Positions 23,359 through 33,614 of a stretch of 64,000 nucleotides of DNA are shown piece after piece. A program made the translations under genes and the position numbers. The stretch's first letter is position 1; every line of letters begins with the position of its first letter. The DNA is from Caecitellus pseudoparvulus (lineage: Eukaryota; Protista; Bigyra: Bicosoecida). The notes beneath the pieces are model-generated. The model saw nothing but the letters and a program-made list of their open reading frames with translations, had not been told where the DNA came from and made no database searches. Where the stretch lies: NCBI GenBank assembly GCA_965644315.1, contig CBFFRQ010000200.1, positions 30,429 through 94,428 on the forward strand, in the 5' to 3' direction.

Positions 23359-24756
23359 ATGCTTCGCGGATTGCCAGCCAAGTGGGCTTTGCAGCGCAGC
23401 ATCCCCCCCCTGCTGCGTTTCACAGCGCCGCCTGCCCGGGCTTTGCACGCAGGGCGTTATGCCGTGGATAACACGGGTGCAGTCCGCCAACTGACCCGCT
23501 CTGGGGAGTGGTTTCCCAGCACATCCCAGCCAGAGCCTGCTCCAAGCGGTGTGGGGGGGTTGCCAGGGCGCCTGCTGAGACACGTCTTGCCACGAGGCTT
23601 CCCACACACCGTGGCGCCATGGTACGCGGAATTTGCAGGCTGGCACGCGCTGTCGGCAACGGCTTCTGCGGCAGGGGGCGTGCTGGCCATGCAGAGTCTG
23701 CTGTACGCCGTAGGGCTCGGTGCAGGTGCAGTGCCTGTGGCGGGTGCCGTGAACTGGGTGCTGAAGGATGGTGTAGGGCAGCTGGGCGGCATGCTGTTCG
23801 CCTCTGCGACAGCAACGCGCTTCGACAGTGACCCCAAGCGCTGGCGCGTCCTGGCTGGCGTGGCCCTGGACGCTGCCTGCCTGCTCGAGATCGCCACAGC
23901 AGCCGCTCCCGCCGCCTTTCTGCCCATCGCGGCGGTGGCGAACGTGGGCAAGAACATCTCCTGGATCTCTGCGTCTGCCACACGCGCGGCGGTGCACCAG
24001 GCTGCCTCCAAGACCGGCGCCCTGGCAGATGTCACTGCCAAGAGCGGGAGCCAGAGCATGGCTGCCAGCACGCTTGGCACAGGGCTTGGCGTGGCCCTGT
24101 CGCCGCTGGTGGGCAGTGACCCAGGCGTCATTGCGCCGGTGATCGTGGCGCTCTCTGCAGTGCACCTGCTGTGCCTCGTCAAGTCCATGTCTGCGGTGCA
24201 CCTGTCCAGTTTCAACGCGCGGCGGCTGGCTGCCGCAGTTTCACCTGCGTTTCGCGACCCCCTGTGGTGGCAGGCGCCGCCTGCGCCAGGCAAGCTAGGC
24301 CTGGCCGTGTCCACGCCCGAGGAAGTGTCTGAAGCACTTGGACTGGACCTGCTGCCGTCTCCATGCCCGCTCAGCTCCTGCCTCTCTGTGGGGGGCTCGT
24401 TGGAGGACATGCCTGCCGGCGTCGCGCAAGCACTTCGCTGCGCGGTGGCTTCGCCTGGCGCCTCGCAGCTCCACGACAGCGGCGTGTTCACACACTGCCA
24501 CAGTGGCGGCATGTACACTCTGGCCGTCGCTGCGGAGGGTTCTGGCCGACAGAGGGCGCACTTGCTGCTGTCTGAGGCGGCTGGGGATGGGGACGTCGTG
24601 TGTGGTGCGCTGCACGCCCTGGCGCTGAGTCAACTGCCACCGGCACAGCACGCCCCCGCCAGCGCTGCCCTGGACTCAGGAGGTGCGGCGGCTCACCTGC
24701 TGGGGGCTCTGCAAGCCGCTGGGTGGAGCGCTGCTCACCACAAGTTGGAGGGGTGA
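23359..24756 (+). CDS. RUS1 (root UVB sensitive/DUF647) family protein
   Basis: LPRGFPHTVAPWY, GVLAMQSLLYAVG, AVNWVLKDGVGQLG, FDSDPKRWR, SATRAAVH, LADVTAK..SQ. ATG 23359 with an Arg-rich presequence-like N-terminus. Confidence 0.88.
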   Translation: MLRGLPAKWALQRSIPPLLRFTAPPARALHAGRYAVDNTGAVRQLTRSGEWFPSTSQPEPAPSGVGGLPGRLLRHVLPRGFPHTVAPWYAEFAGWHALSATASAAGGVLAMQSLLYAVGLGAGAVPVAGAVNWVLKDGVGQLGGMLFASATATRFDSDPKRWRVLAGVALDAACLLEIATAAAPAAFLPIAAVANVGKNISWISASATRAAVHQAASKTGALADVTAKSGSQSMAASTLGTGLGVALSPLVGSDPGVIAPVIVALSAVHLLCLVKSMSAVHLSSFNARRLAAAVSPAFRDPLWWQAPPAPGKLGLAVSTPEEVSEALGLDLLPSPCPLSSCLSVGGSLEDMPAGVAQALRCAVASPGASQLHDSGVFTHCHSGGMYTLAVAAEGSGRQRAHLLLSEAAGDGDVVCGALHALALSQLPPAQHAPASAALDSGGAAAHLLGALQAAGWSAAHHKLEG

Positions 24757-24824
24757 GGTGGGCCCAGGGAGTGGGTTGGCGTCCCTGCAGAGGTGTGCAT
24801 TGTGTGAGAGGGGGGGCTGCGCGA

Positions 24825-26167
24825 CTACACTCGGTAGGAGATCTTGCGGTTCTTGAGGGGCGCCCAGCGCATGCGCTTGTACCAGCCCGTCACGCCGGCA
24901 GCGACGAGAACGAAGAGGATGAACTTGTTGCCGGCGCGCTTGCGCTCGTCCTGGTGGGGCTCCGCCGCCCAGGACAGGAAGGTCGTGACGTCCTTGGCCA
25001 TCTGGGAGATGGTGGAGGGCGTCCCGTCACCGTACTCCACAGCGCCGTCCACCAGCTGCTTGGGCATGCCGATCTTGCCACCGGGGAAGTACGGGTTGTA
25101 GTACTGCCCAGCCTCCTCGTTCACCACCACGCCAGCGGGTGCCTCCTTGTACCCCGTCAGCAGGGCGAAGAGGTAGTTGTCGCCGTCGTGGCGAGCCTTG
25201 GTGATGAGGGAGAGGTCAGGCGGCAGGGCGCCGTTGTTGATGCTGCGTGCCTGCTCCTCGTTGGCGTAGGGGGCGGGGAAAGCGTCGTTCAGCTTGCCAG
25301 GGCGCTCGAACATCTCGCCTGTGTCGGGGAGCGTGTGCGTGCCAGTGCGTGGGTGAGGTGGCGGGAGGGGAGGGGGCGCTGAACCAGTGCGGATTTTGGC
25401 AGGCGGAAAAAGCAGGCACAGGCACAGCCACCGCACAGCATGGCACGGGGCGTGCACAGGGTGCGGAGGACGGGCGCAGCAGTTCCACATTGCACACACT
25501 GGCTGCCCACGCACCATCGTCGTCGGGGCCGTCCTCCACCTCGATCTCAGAGGCCAGCACCTTGGCCTCGTCCTCGGTGTAGCACACACCCACAAGGTTG
25601 CGGTAATGCATGAACTTCATGCTGTGCAGGGGCGCGTGGAAAGGGCGTGGGCAGTGACAGTGTGCCTGGCACCGGGCAACGTGCATCATTCTCCCCACGG
25701 CACGTGCAGGGCCAGGGCAGACATGCCTGATGTGCGCCTCTACTTCCGCCGGTGCCCGTCACTTCAGGGCGGCGTGGCACACTTCGCCGGGGTGCAGGCA
25801 GCGCCACGACGCACCTGTGGCAGCTGGAGCACACCTCCTTGTACACCTGATGTCCACGGCGGATGCTGAGGGCGGGGAAAGGGTGTGCCAGGGCAAGTGC
25901 AGGAGTTGGGGGCAGTGATACGCAGGCAGTGCCGCACTCACCTCGCGACGTCGTAGCTGCTGAAGATGCCGTTGTGAGACCAGGGGTACTGGGCAGGGTG
26001 CAGCACATCGCCGTCTGCAGCAGCAGAAGGCACAGCCAAGGCAGCTGCGCCAGCGGCGGCGGGCAGCAGAACCTTGGCTGCGGTGGCGGCCTGCGGAAAT
26101 AGCGCACGTCGGTGTCTGGCCGCTGCGAGCAGTTGCAGGGCGCAGGGGGGCTCACCTTGGCGAACAT
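24825..26167 (-). CDS. CYC1: Cytochrome c1, heme protein of mitochondrial complex III
   Basis: Spliced: MFAK|..[12 protein letters not shown]..|[17 protein letters not shown]|[19 protein letters not shown]|[54 protein letters not shown]. CxxCH intact; four introns. Confidence 0.97.
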
Positions 26168-26313
26168 GGCAGGCAGAGAGGGATGCAGCACAACCTGAAG
26201 GCACTCCTCGCAGGAGTCTCGGTGCGAAACGGTGGCAAGGGCAGGGTTGGCGGGCAGCCTGCATTGCTTGCACTGGCCCACAGCTGAAGATTATCGACAG
26301 GGGGGGGGGTGCC

Positions 26314-27640
26314 TCACGCCCCGAAGCCGGCTGCCTGGGACAGGACGCCGATGAGGCCGCCAAACACTGCACCCCACACCACCAGCCATCCCAAGTGCTC
26401 CCGGATGACCTGCTCCAGCAGCTGCGCAGGGCACGGAGAGGGAGCGTGCATGTGGCGTGAGCGCTGCGTTGCGCGGCGAAACGCACGGCTTTGATGTGGT
26501 GCGGCATGAGCAGCTTCAGCTTGGTGTTCATGAGCTCATCCAACTCGCTCCGCAGTGCATGCACATCCAGCATGGTGCCCACATCCACCTGTGTCGCCAG
26601 GGCCTCCAGAGCTTGGCTGCCCAGGCCAGCGAGCAGCGGCTTCATGTGTGGCACCAGCGCGGCGGCGCCAGGGGGCTGCGTCGGGGCCAGCGTCATGCTC
26701 GCCATCATCAGCATACTGCTGAGGGAGCCACCCTGTGCGATGATGTCGCTCAGGCCCTTCTCAATGGCCCCGTCCATGCCGCCGCCTTCCACGGCTTCGC
26801 TGAGCTTGGCCTGCAACGCTGGCAGCGTCGATGCGATGAGCTTGTTGGCCCTGCTGCCGACGTAGCTGGCCAAGTACTCCTCGTCAAAGAAAGTGCCCAT
26901 GATGGTGTTCTTGATGGAGGCGCGGATCTCCTTGAAGCGGCCGGGAATGACGCCGCTGCCGTACTGCGCCAGAGCAAGGGGGCAGGTTCGCTTGGGTGAC
27001 CGCGGGTCGGCCGAGTCACTAGCCACTCACGATGCCTGGAACCTTCTCAAACAGCATGTGCACTGCGAGCCAGTTCGTCACTGCACCTGCCCAGCCGAAG
27101 AGCCCGAGGCTCAGCACATACCGTGCAGCAAAGTCTGCAAGCAGTGGGGCATGTGTGCGGATTTTGCCCGCCTTCCAAGGGAAGACAGGGCACTCACGGT
27201 CAGCCAGGAGAACCCAGATGATGCCGATAACCATGATGACAAACGTCACTCCATTTGCAATGTTCCCTTTGTTGCACCACAACCTGGGGGCGAACGTGTG
27301 TGGCATAGGCGCTGCAGTTTCGCGCAAACCATGCTCGCTTTCACACTCACTGGTACGTCGTGGCGGGCGGCGGCGCGTCCATGAGGCTCGTGGGGGTCTG
27401 GCTGCCCTGCGCATGGCACCATGAGGGAGTACGCTGCACGCCACCAGCGCCACTCTCCGCCCCCGCTCTGCGCCTCACATGTGCCAGCTCCTCTTGCTCG
27501 CCCTCCCCAGCTCGCCGGCCTGCCACAGGCTGCAGCGCTGCATCGGAGGCTTGCCCCGCAGCCACAGGCGCTGCCGCACCTTCACCGAGTTCTACATCTC
27601 CTGCTTCCGCGGGGGCTGTCGTGGACGGCGCTTCTGCCAT
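26314..27640 (-). CDS. DUF445-family membrane protein
   Basis: GLFGWAGAVTNWLAVHMLFEKVPGI|YGSGVIPGRFKEIR and C-terminal LLEQVIREHLGWLVVWGAVFGGLIG. Multiple short introns; 5' exon structure less certain. Confidence 0.75.
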
Positions 27641-28810
27641 GCTGGTTCCTGCACAGGGTGTCTGCACTTGCGTCACCTCGGTCTGGGCTGAAACCAAGCA
27701 CCAGTGGCCAGACAAGACTCAGGCTCACGGATAAGACGCGACTGTGAGAGTATTACGTGGAAGTTGTGAAATGTCCAGGCAGTGCCGGCGCCGAGCGACG
27801 CTGGGGCGCCTGTGCTTGGATGGGGGGGGTGCCGCCACGCCAGCGGCAGTATGCGGCTGACACGGATGGCCGCACAGTCACCGCCCCACCCCAAACTCCC
27901 CACCGCCCGACTCAGCTCTGCTGCGCCACGCCCGCAGCTTCAACCTTGTAAGTGCAAGTTGTCCCCCCTCCTCGCTATGTCGCAGCCGGGCCCTGTGTCT
28001 GCCTTGCGCTGCTTCGCGTGTCCGGTGTGGTTGCCGCGTGTGGGTCGCGCTGCGACCTGCGCGCCCGCCACGTTCAGGCCTGCTCTGTGTCCTGTCCTGG
28101 CGTCCAGGGCGCCCCCACCATGCTGCTGACTATGCTCAACTTGTTCGAGTAGTGCTGATCTCCCTGAATCGCGGAAGTTCGCGGGCGTTGCTTGGCAGTT
28201 GCCTGTTCACGATGCACGGTTGCTGCAGTGCAGCAGCGCTTGTAGCTGGCTGTGGAGACAACGACGTGAGCCCAGGTGGTCCTGCCTTGCCCTGAGTGGT
28301 TGCAGATTGCTTTTGTCAACTTTGTCGCCCATGCTATCGGCGGTGTCTTCTCCTGTGCGGGTTCCCTTCGTGTGCCTGTGAACTTGCGATGGCCGCTTTT
28401 GGCTGCCAACCGCAACGATGGCGTCCCGTGCACTCCCATGCGCACGTCTGGATAGCTGCACTCGCATGCGGGGTGGCATGCAGCTGTCTCAGGTCTGAGC
28501 AATGTGCTAGATTTGCGGTAGACAGCTTTGCGTTCTGCTGCGGGCTGCTGCGTGTCGAGGGGCTGCTGGTCAAGTGCAGTGCACTTTTGGACAACCGCCG
28601 ATACTTGCGCCTGTGCCGGGCACTGCGTGTGGTTGCAAGGCGCACATGTTCCCTGTTCATCTCCCCAGTACATCATCGCACCTGCATCGCCCCTGCTCCC
28701 CTTCACAGCCTGCTCCGCTTTCCCGTTTCTGAGCCCGAGCTGCGGTTACACGCTTCGCGTGAGAGAGAAACTCCTCCCTCTCTCCACCCACGCGCCGCAC
28801 ACTCTGCGCC

Positions 28811-31800
28811 ATGTCTGGCAAGCAAGCGCCCGCTGGCCAGCAGTCATGCGCCCAGAAGACATGCAGCCCAGTGCACAAGTGCATGCCTAAGTGGCTGACG
28901 TGGGGCCTTGGCGGCTTCTGCGCCGTTGCAGGCATCGTCGCCATCGTCCTCGGCGTCGTGCTGGTGGGCAGCATTGACGCCGCAGTGGAGAACAACGTGC
29001 GCGAGGCGGCTGTCGTCTCCAGCTCCAGCGATGAATCGTACACCAACTTCGCCACGACGGACCGCGGGCTCAGCTACGGCGGCACGGCATCTGACGCTGA
29101 CGACGAGGGGACGGCGTCTCGCCGGTACGTTGTGAACATCACCAACCCCATGGAGGTGCTGCTGCAGGGCGCCACGCCCAACATCGCCGACGTTGGGTAT
29201 GACGTCCGCTCCTACAGCGTCAAGCACGGCGTGGAGTTGGAGGGCTCCCGCCTCTCCTTCCACTCCCAAACCATCGACATCCCCGAGAACGCAGCTGAGG
29301 CGGCGCGCATGGACAGCGACGTCGTGTACGTGCCCAACCTGGCGTACTTCGGCGTGCTGGGCCTGCTGGACGGCGTCAACTTCGCAGCACGCCAGGACCC
29401 CGTCATCGCTGAGAACCCCCTGACATCCTTCGAGGACCTCGCCGTGGGCCCCATGGCAGCCCAGGCCCTGACCCTGGCCAAGGGCCAGGTTGAGTCCTTT
29501 GTCCGCATCTCCACCTTCTCCTTGTGGTGGGGCATCATGTACCAGGCCTATGTCGGCCTCAGCGCCGGGAGCACTGCAACTGAAGCCATGGCCGGGCCAG
29601 CTGGCGGCGGTGCGCCGGCCAACCTCGCCTTTGCCGCGTCCAACGACACTGTCATGATCGCCAGCATCGCGTCCGTGACGGCGGCAAACATCAGCGCCCA
29701 GCGCCCAACGCCCTCTGAGGCAGATATCCTCTTCCCACTCTTCGCCGATGGCACGGCTGGTCCTCTGTTTGCGAGCCTCATCCCCAGCTCCCCAGCGGAG
29801 GCCACTGAGGGACACATCCGCAACAACACCCGATGGACTCTGGCTGTCAACACGCTCACTGCTACCTACGCAGGTGCGAGTCTGACGCCCCCTGCAGAGC
29901 GCATTCAGATGCACGTCCTGTGGCTGACGTTCTGGGCATACCAGACGGTTGGCCACCTCGTCACCCCAGCCAACAAGGCCGCCTTCGAGGCAGCCTACAT
30001 TGGCATCCTGAATGACTTTGTCACGTACACGCCCAGCGGCGGCTCGCCCTGCGCTGGCTGCTGCGCGGACCTGGGCGGCAGCGGTGTCAACGGCACCATC
30101 GCCAACTATGACGAGGTGGTGGCGCAACAGTGGGGCACTGCCGCCGTGAACTCTGTCCCCCTCACTCTCATCGCGCTGGCCAGCAACCCCTGCTCGGAAG
30201 CCATGGCACCCACGTACAAGGCTGTCATTGAGCCGCTCACCCTTGGCAAGGATGTTCCACGGTGCAGCGCTGGTCTGTCTCTCTTCGACATCATTGGGGA
30301 CCCGTCCGTCCTGCCGTCGCCGCCTGAGGTGAACTGCTTCTCCAGCCGCAGCCTGAACCCGCTGGATGCCGCCCTGGGCAAGACGTACGCAGCCTCCGCT
30401 CTCAAGCCCGCCCTCATGGCCCAGCTGCTGACCAACGTAACAAGCGGAGGCGGCCTCCTGGGCGCAGTGGCGGCAGGGGTGCTGGGCGCCGAACTACCCG
30501 CTGGCTCAAACAACGTCAGGCAGATCCACAACGTGGCCAAGGCCATGATGGCGCAGTACCCCACCTTGGCTGGCAACATCACTGCCATCCACACCGCCAC
30601 ACAGGCACTGGCAGCCCTGGCTGCGCCCACGGGCAGCTCGACCCAGGCGTACATCTGGCAGTACGGCAACGCCACTGTGGCTGCCAGCACCGCCATTGCA
30701 TCTGCCGAGGCCGCCACGGCGCCCATGCACGCCCAGTGCAAGGCTGCACTGTCAAGCCGCAACCTGCCGCCTCTTGACTGCTTCCAGCTCATGGACGTGA
30801 ACAACTGGTTGGACCACATTGCTCGTGTGTGGGTGTGGTACCCGCAGATGGTGTGGAACTACCCCTTGCCAGGGCACCCTGGCAACAGCCAGGGCATCTC
30901 CACCTCCAACCTGGCCGCTGGGCCCATCATCCGCACAACTGCGCGGGAGTTCCTGCTCAATGGCACCTTTGACAGCTACCTGTTCTTCCTGAGCAACGGC
31001 AACCCCGCCGCCAGCAAGGGCCCCCCCACTGGCGTGCCTGAGGTGTCTGCGGAGGCCTTCCTGTCCGGGAAGACGGACGACGAGAAGAACGTCATCAACA
31101 CGGGCAAGGACGACATCTCGAAGATCTTCAACACGGAGAAGCACCGTGGCCTGGCCCGCGTGCCGTACTTCGAGGCCAGCGTGGCCGCCCCCACCGCCAC
31201 GTCAGAAGTGCAGGGCAGCTGGGACTCGTCCCGCTGGGAGCCCACGTTCAACGTGGACGCCAAGATTGCAGATGCGCCAGCCCTGCGCCAGGCATACACC
31301 ACCACCATCTACCGCTTCATCAACGTCGCGCTGCAGGGGGAGGTGAAGGGGCCCAACGGCAAGCTGGACCTGTGGCGGTACCGCCTGCTAAACCGTGACC
31401 AGCTCCTGGCCGCTGGCATCCCCACTGCCGACGCCTACGTCGTGCAGCCCACGGCAGTGGATCAGGCGTACGGCCAGCCCGACTGCCTCGTGGCCAACAA
31501 GCCCCTGCTGCCCTCTACCGATGGCTCCGGCCCGCCGTCCGTTGACATCTTCCTGTCTGCACCCCACTTCGCCTTGTGCAACACCAGCGACTACAGGGGG
31601 CCCACAGGCGTCTCCACTCTGCCTTACGAGGGCAACTTTGACACGTTCTTGGACATCGACCCCGTGTCTGGCTTCACCCTCAACGCTCGTCGGCGGCTGG
31701 GCGCTTACGTCCAGATGCGCAGCTCACCCTGGTACCCTGGCCTGCCCACCACCCAGGCGGGTGTGCACTACTACCAGCCGCTGTTCTGGACAGACGAGGG

Positions 31801-32038
31801 CGCATCAGCGGACCAGGACCAGGAGTCTGCGCTGGCGAATGGGTACCAGGCTGCTCGGGAGGCCAGGCAGGGTCTGCCCCCCTCGCTCTTTGGCGGAGGT
31901 GCGGTGCTGCTGCTCATCGGCCTGCTGGTCCTGTTCGCTGCGGCGACGTACCCCAAGAAGAGCGCTGTGGCTGGCGGCTCCGGCTCCGGCAAGGACATGG
32001 TGGACGACTCGAACCCCCTGGCCACGAGCGACCCTTGA
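28811..32038 (+). CDS. CD36/LIMP-II family scavenger receptor or lysosomal membrane protein, unusually long
   Basis: N- and C-terminal TM helices; YVVNITNPMEVL, INTGKDDISKI, FLSAPHF, TFLDIDPVSGFTLNARRRL, YQPLFWTDEGA; many NxS/T sequons; single-exon CDS. Confidence 0.82.
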   Translation: MSGKQAPAGQQSCAQKTCSPVHKCMPKWLTWGLGGFCAVAGIVAIVLGVVLVGSIDAAVENNVREAAVVSSSSDESYTNFATTDRGLSYGGTASDADDEGTASRRYVVNITNPMEVLLQGATPNIADVGYDVRSYSVKHGVELEGSRLSFHSQTIDIPENAAEAARMDSDVVYVPNLAYFGVLGLLDGVNFAARQDPVIAENPLTSFEDLAVGPMAAQALTLAKGQVESFVRISTFSLWWGIMYQAYVGLSAGSTATEAMAGPAGGGAPANLAFAASNDTVMIASIASVTAANISAQRPTPSEADILFPLFADGTAGPLFASLIPSSPAEATEGHIRNNTRWTLAVNTLTATYAGASLTPPAERIQMHVLWLTFWAYQTVGHLVTPANKAAFEAAYIGILNDFVTYTPSGGSPCAGCCADLGGSGVNGTIANYDEVVAQQWGTAAVNSVPLTLIALASNPCSEAMAPTYKAVIEPLTLGKDVPRCSAGLSLFDIIGDPSVLPSPPEVNCFSSRSLNPLDAALGKTYAASALKPALMAQLLTNVTSGGGLLGAVAAGVLGAELPAGSNNVRQIHNVAKAMMAQYPTLAGNITAIHTATQALAALAAPTGSSTQAYIWQYGNATVAASTAIASAEAATAPMHAQCKAALSSRNLPPLDCFQLMDVNNWLDHIARVWVWYPQMVWNYPLPGHPGNSQGISTSNLAAGPIIRTTAREFLLNGTFDSYLFFLSNGNPAASKGPPTGVPEVSAEAFLSGKTDDEKNVINTGKDDISKIFNTEKHRGLARVPYFEASVAAPTATSEVQGSWDSSRWEPTFNVDAKIADAPALRQAYTTTIYRFINVALQGEVKGPNGKLDLWRYRLLNRDQLLAAGIPTADAYVVQPTAVDQAYGQPDCLVANKPLLPSTDGSGPPSVDIFLSAPHFALCNTSDYRGPTGVSTLPYEGNFDTFLDIDPVSGFTLNARRRLGAYVQMRSSPWYPGLPTTQAGVHYYQPLFWTDEGASADQDQESALANGYQAAREARQGLPPSLFGGGAVLLLIGLLVLFAAATYPKKSAVAGGSGSGKDMVDDSNPLATSDP

Positions 32039-32243
32039 GTTGCTGCGCAAGGGCCAGCGCGGTGACTGCTGCGTCCGGCGTGCTGGTGCGGTCAGGCCCC
32101 TCCTGGCCCTGCCCAGCACAGCCCACATGATTTCAAAATTCACACTGTTGCAAGTTCAGCATTCTGCGTGGATGGGTGCCGCACTGGCGCCTGCTGTCTG
32201 CGCTCTCAGTCCCTGCCGCGTGCCAACGTGTGGCAACGCCAGC

Positions 32244-33317
32244 ATGCCTGCCGCCAGCGGTGCTGCCGGCACGTCGCCTGGCCCAGGTTCCCCAGTGGAA
32301 TTGGGCGGGCAGGACAAGGCAATGTCATGGAACGAAGGGTTGAAGATTGCCGCCTTCTTTTCAGTGGTGTTCGGCGTTGTGTTTGGCGTGCACAGCGTGC
32401 TGCCTCCCATGCCGTGAGTGGGAAACGCCGGCGAAACGTCCGCGCGTCCATGCCTGCTCGCGTCGCAACACTGTTCGCCTGGTTTACCGGCACTGTGCAG
32501 ACAAGGCTGTGAGACGGTTGGCATTCGGTCCCTCTCCTATGGCATGTTCGCGCAGTGGACGCAAGGCGGCAGCGCCCTCGCAGACGCCCTGGGCCAGCTC
32601 AAGCAGTGCTACGCGCAGTACCACGTGACCCACCCTGCCGCGCTCCCCGTGTCTTTTGTGCTCATGTACATCACCATGCAGGCTTGTGCGATCCCCGGCA
32701 CTCTCTGGCTGTCCATTCTCTCTGGCGCGCTGTTCCCCCCCTTGCAAGCACAGGCCCTCGTGGCCCTGTCAGCCACGGTTGGCTCCAGCATCGCCTTCGC
32801 CGGCAGCGCGCTGGTGGCACGCCGCGCTGTCGCAGCGGCTGTGCCAGGCACCCTGGCTTCCATGCGACGGGGTCTGGAGGAGAACCGGGACAACTTGCTG
32901 TGGTACGTGCTGTTCCTGCGCATCACGCCGCTGTTCCCCAACTGGGCCCTGAACCTGTGCTCCCCCATCGTGGGCGTGCCATACCCCACCTTTCTCTTCG
33001 CCACGGCTGTCGGGTTGCTGCCGACCAACTACTTCCAGGTGCAGGTGGGCGCCTCACTTGCCCGCATGGACGGCCCCATCTCCCTGGCCCGCCTGCGCGA
33101 GGACCCCTCAGCACTCATCTCTCTGGGCGCACTGCAGCTACTGGCCTTGGCTCCAGTGGGCCTCAAGCGGCTCTGGGCCGCCTGGCAGCCGAAAGACGCC
33201 CAACCAGACACGGATAGAGGTATTTCTAGCCCACAGCTGCGCAGTCCTCCCTCCCCGGAGCAGGGCCCCTCAGACACAGGCGCCCGCAGGCGGGGTCAGG
33301 GGGGGGGGCGCCACTAG
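32244..33317 (+). CDS. TMEM41: TMEM41/VTT (DedA superfamily) membrane protein
   Basis: YITMQACAIPGTLWLSILSGALF, ATVGSSIAF, LFLRITPLFPNWALNLCSPIVGVP, ATAVGLLP. Intron 32414-32500. Confidence 0.88.
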
Positions 33318-33614
33318 GCCAGTCGGCAATGCAGTCGCTGGAGCCCACACCGAAATACAAAATCACGCCAGGTGGGTCGCAATCGCTGCCTTCTTGCCCC
33401 AGCTTTGTGTCTGTTCGCATTGTGTGCGAATGCATCCTCTGCACCTCGCTGGCAGCTGTACAACCAAAGCGCACTGCACGTCTTACCAGTGCCAGGGCAC
33501 CCTGCACCTGGAGCCTGCCGGTTCCTCGGCTCAGCCCTCCAGCGCCGTTTGCCCCCCTTCAACTTATTTCGTTGTTCAGCGGCTCCAGTACGCCGCTTAG
33601 CCCTGCTGCGCGAC

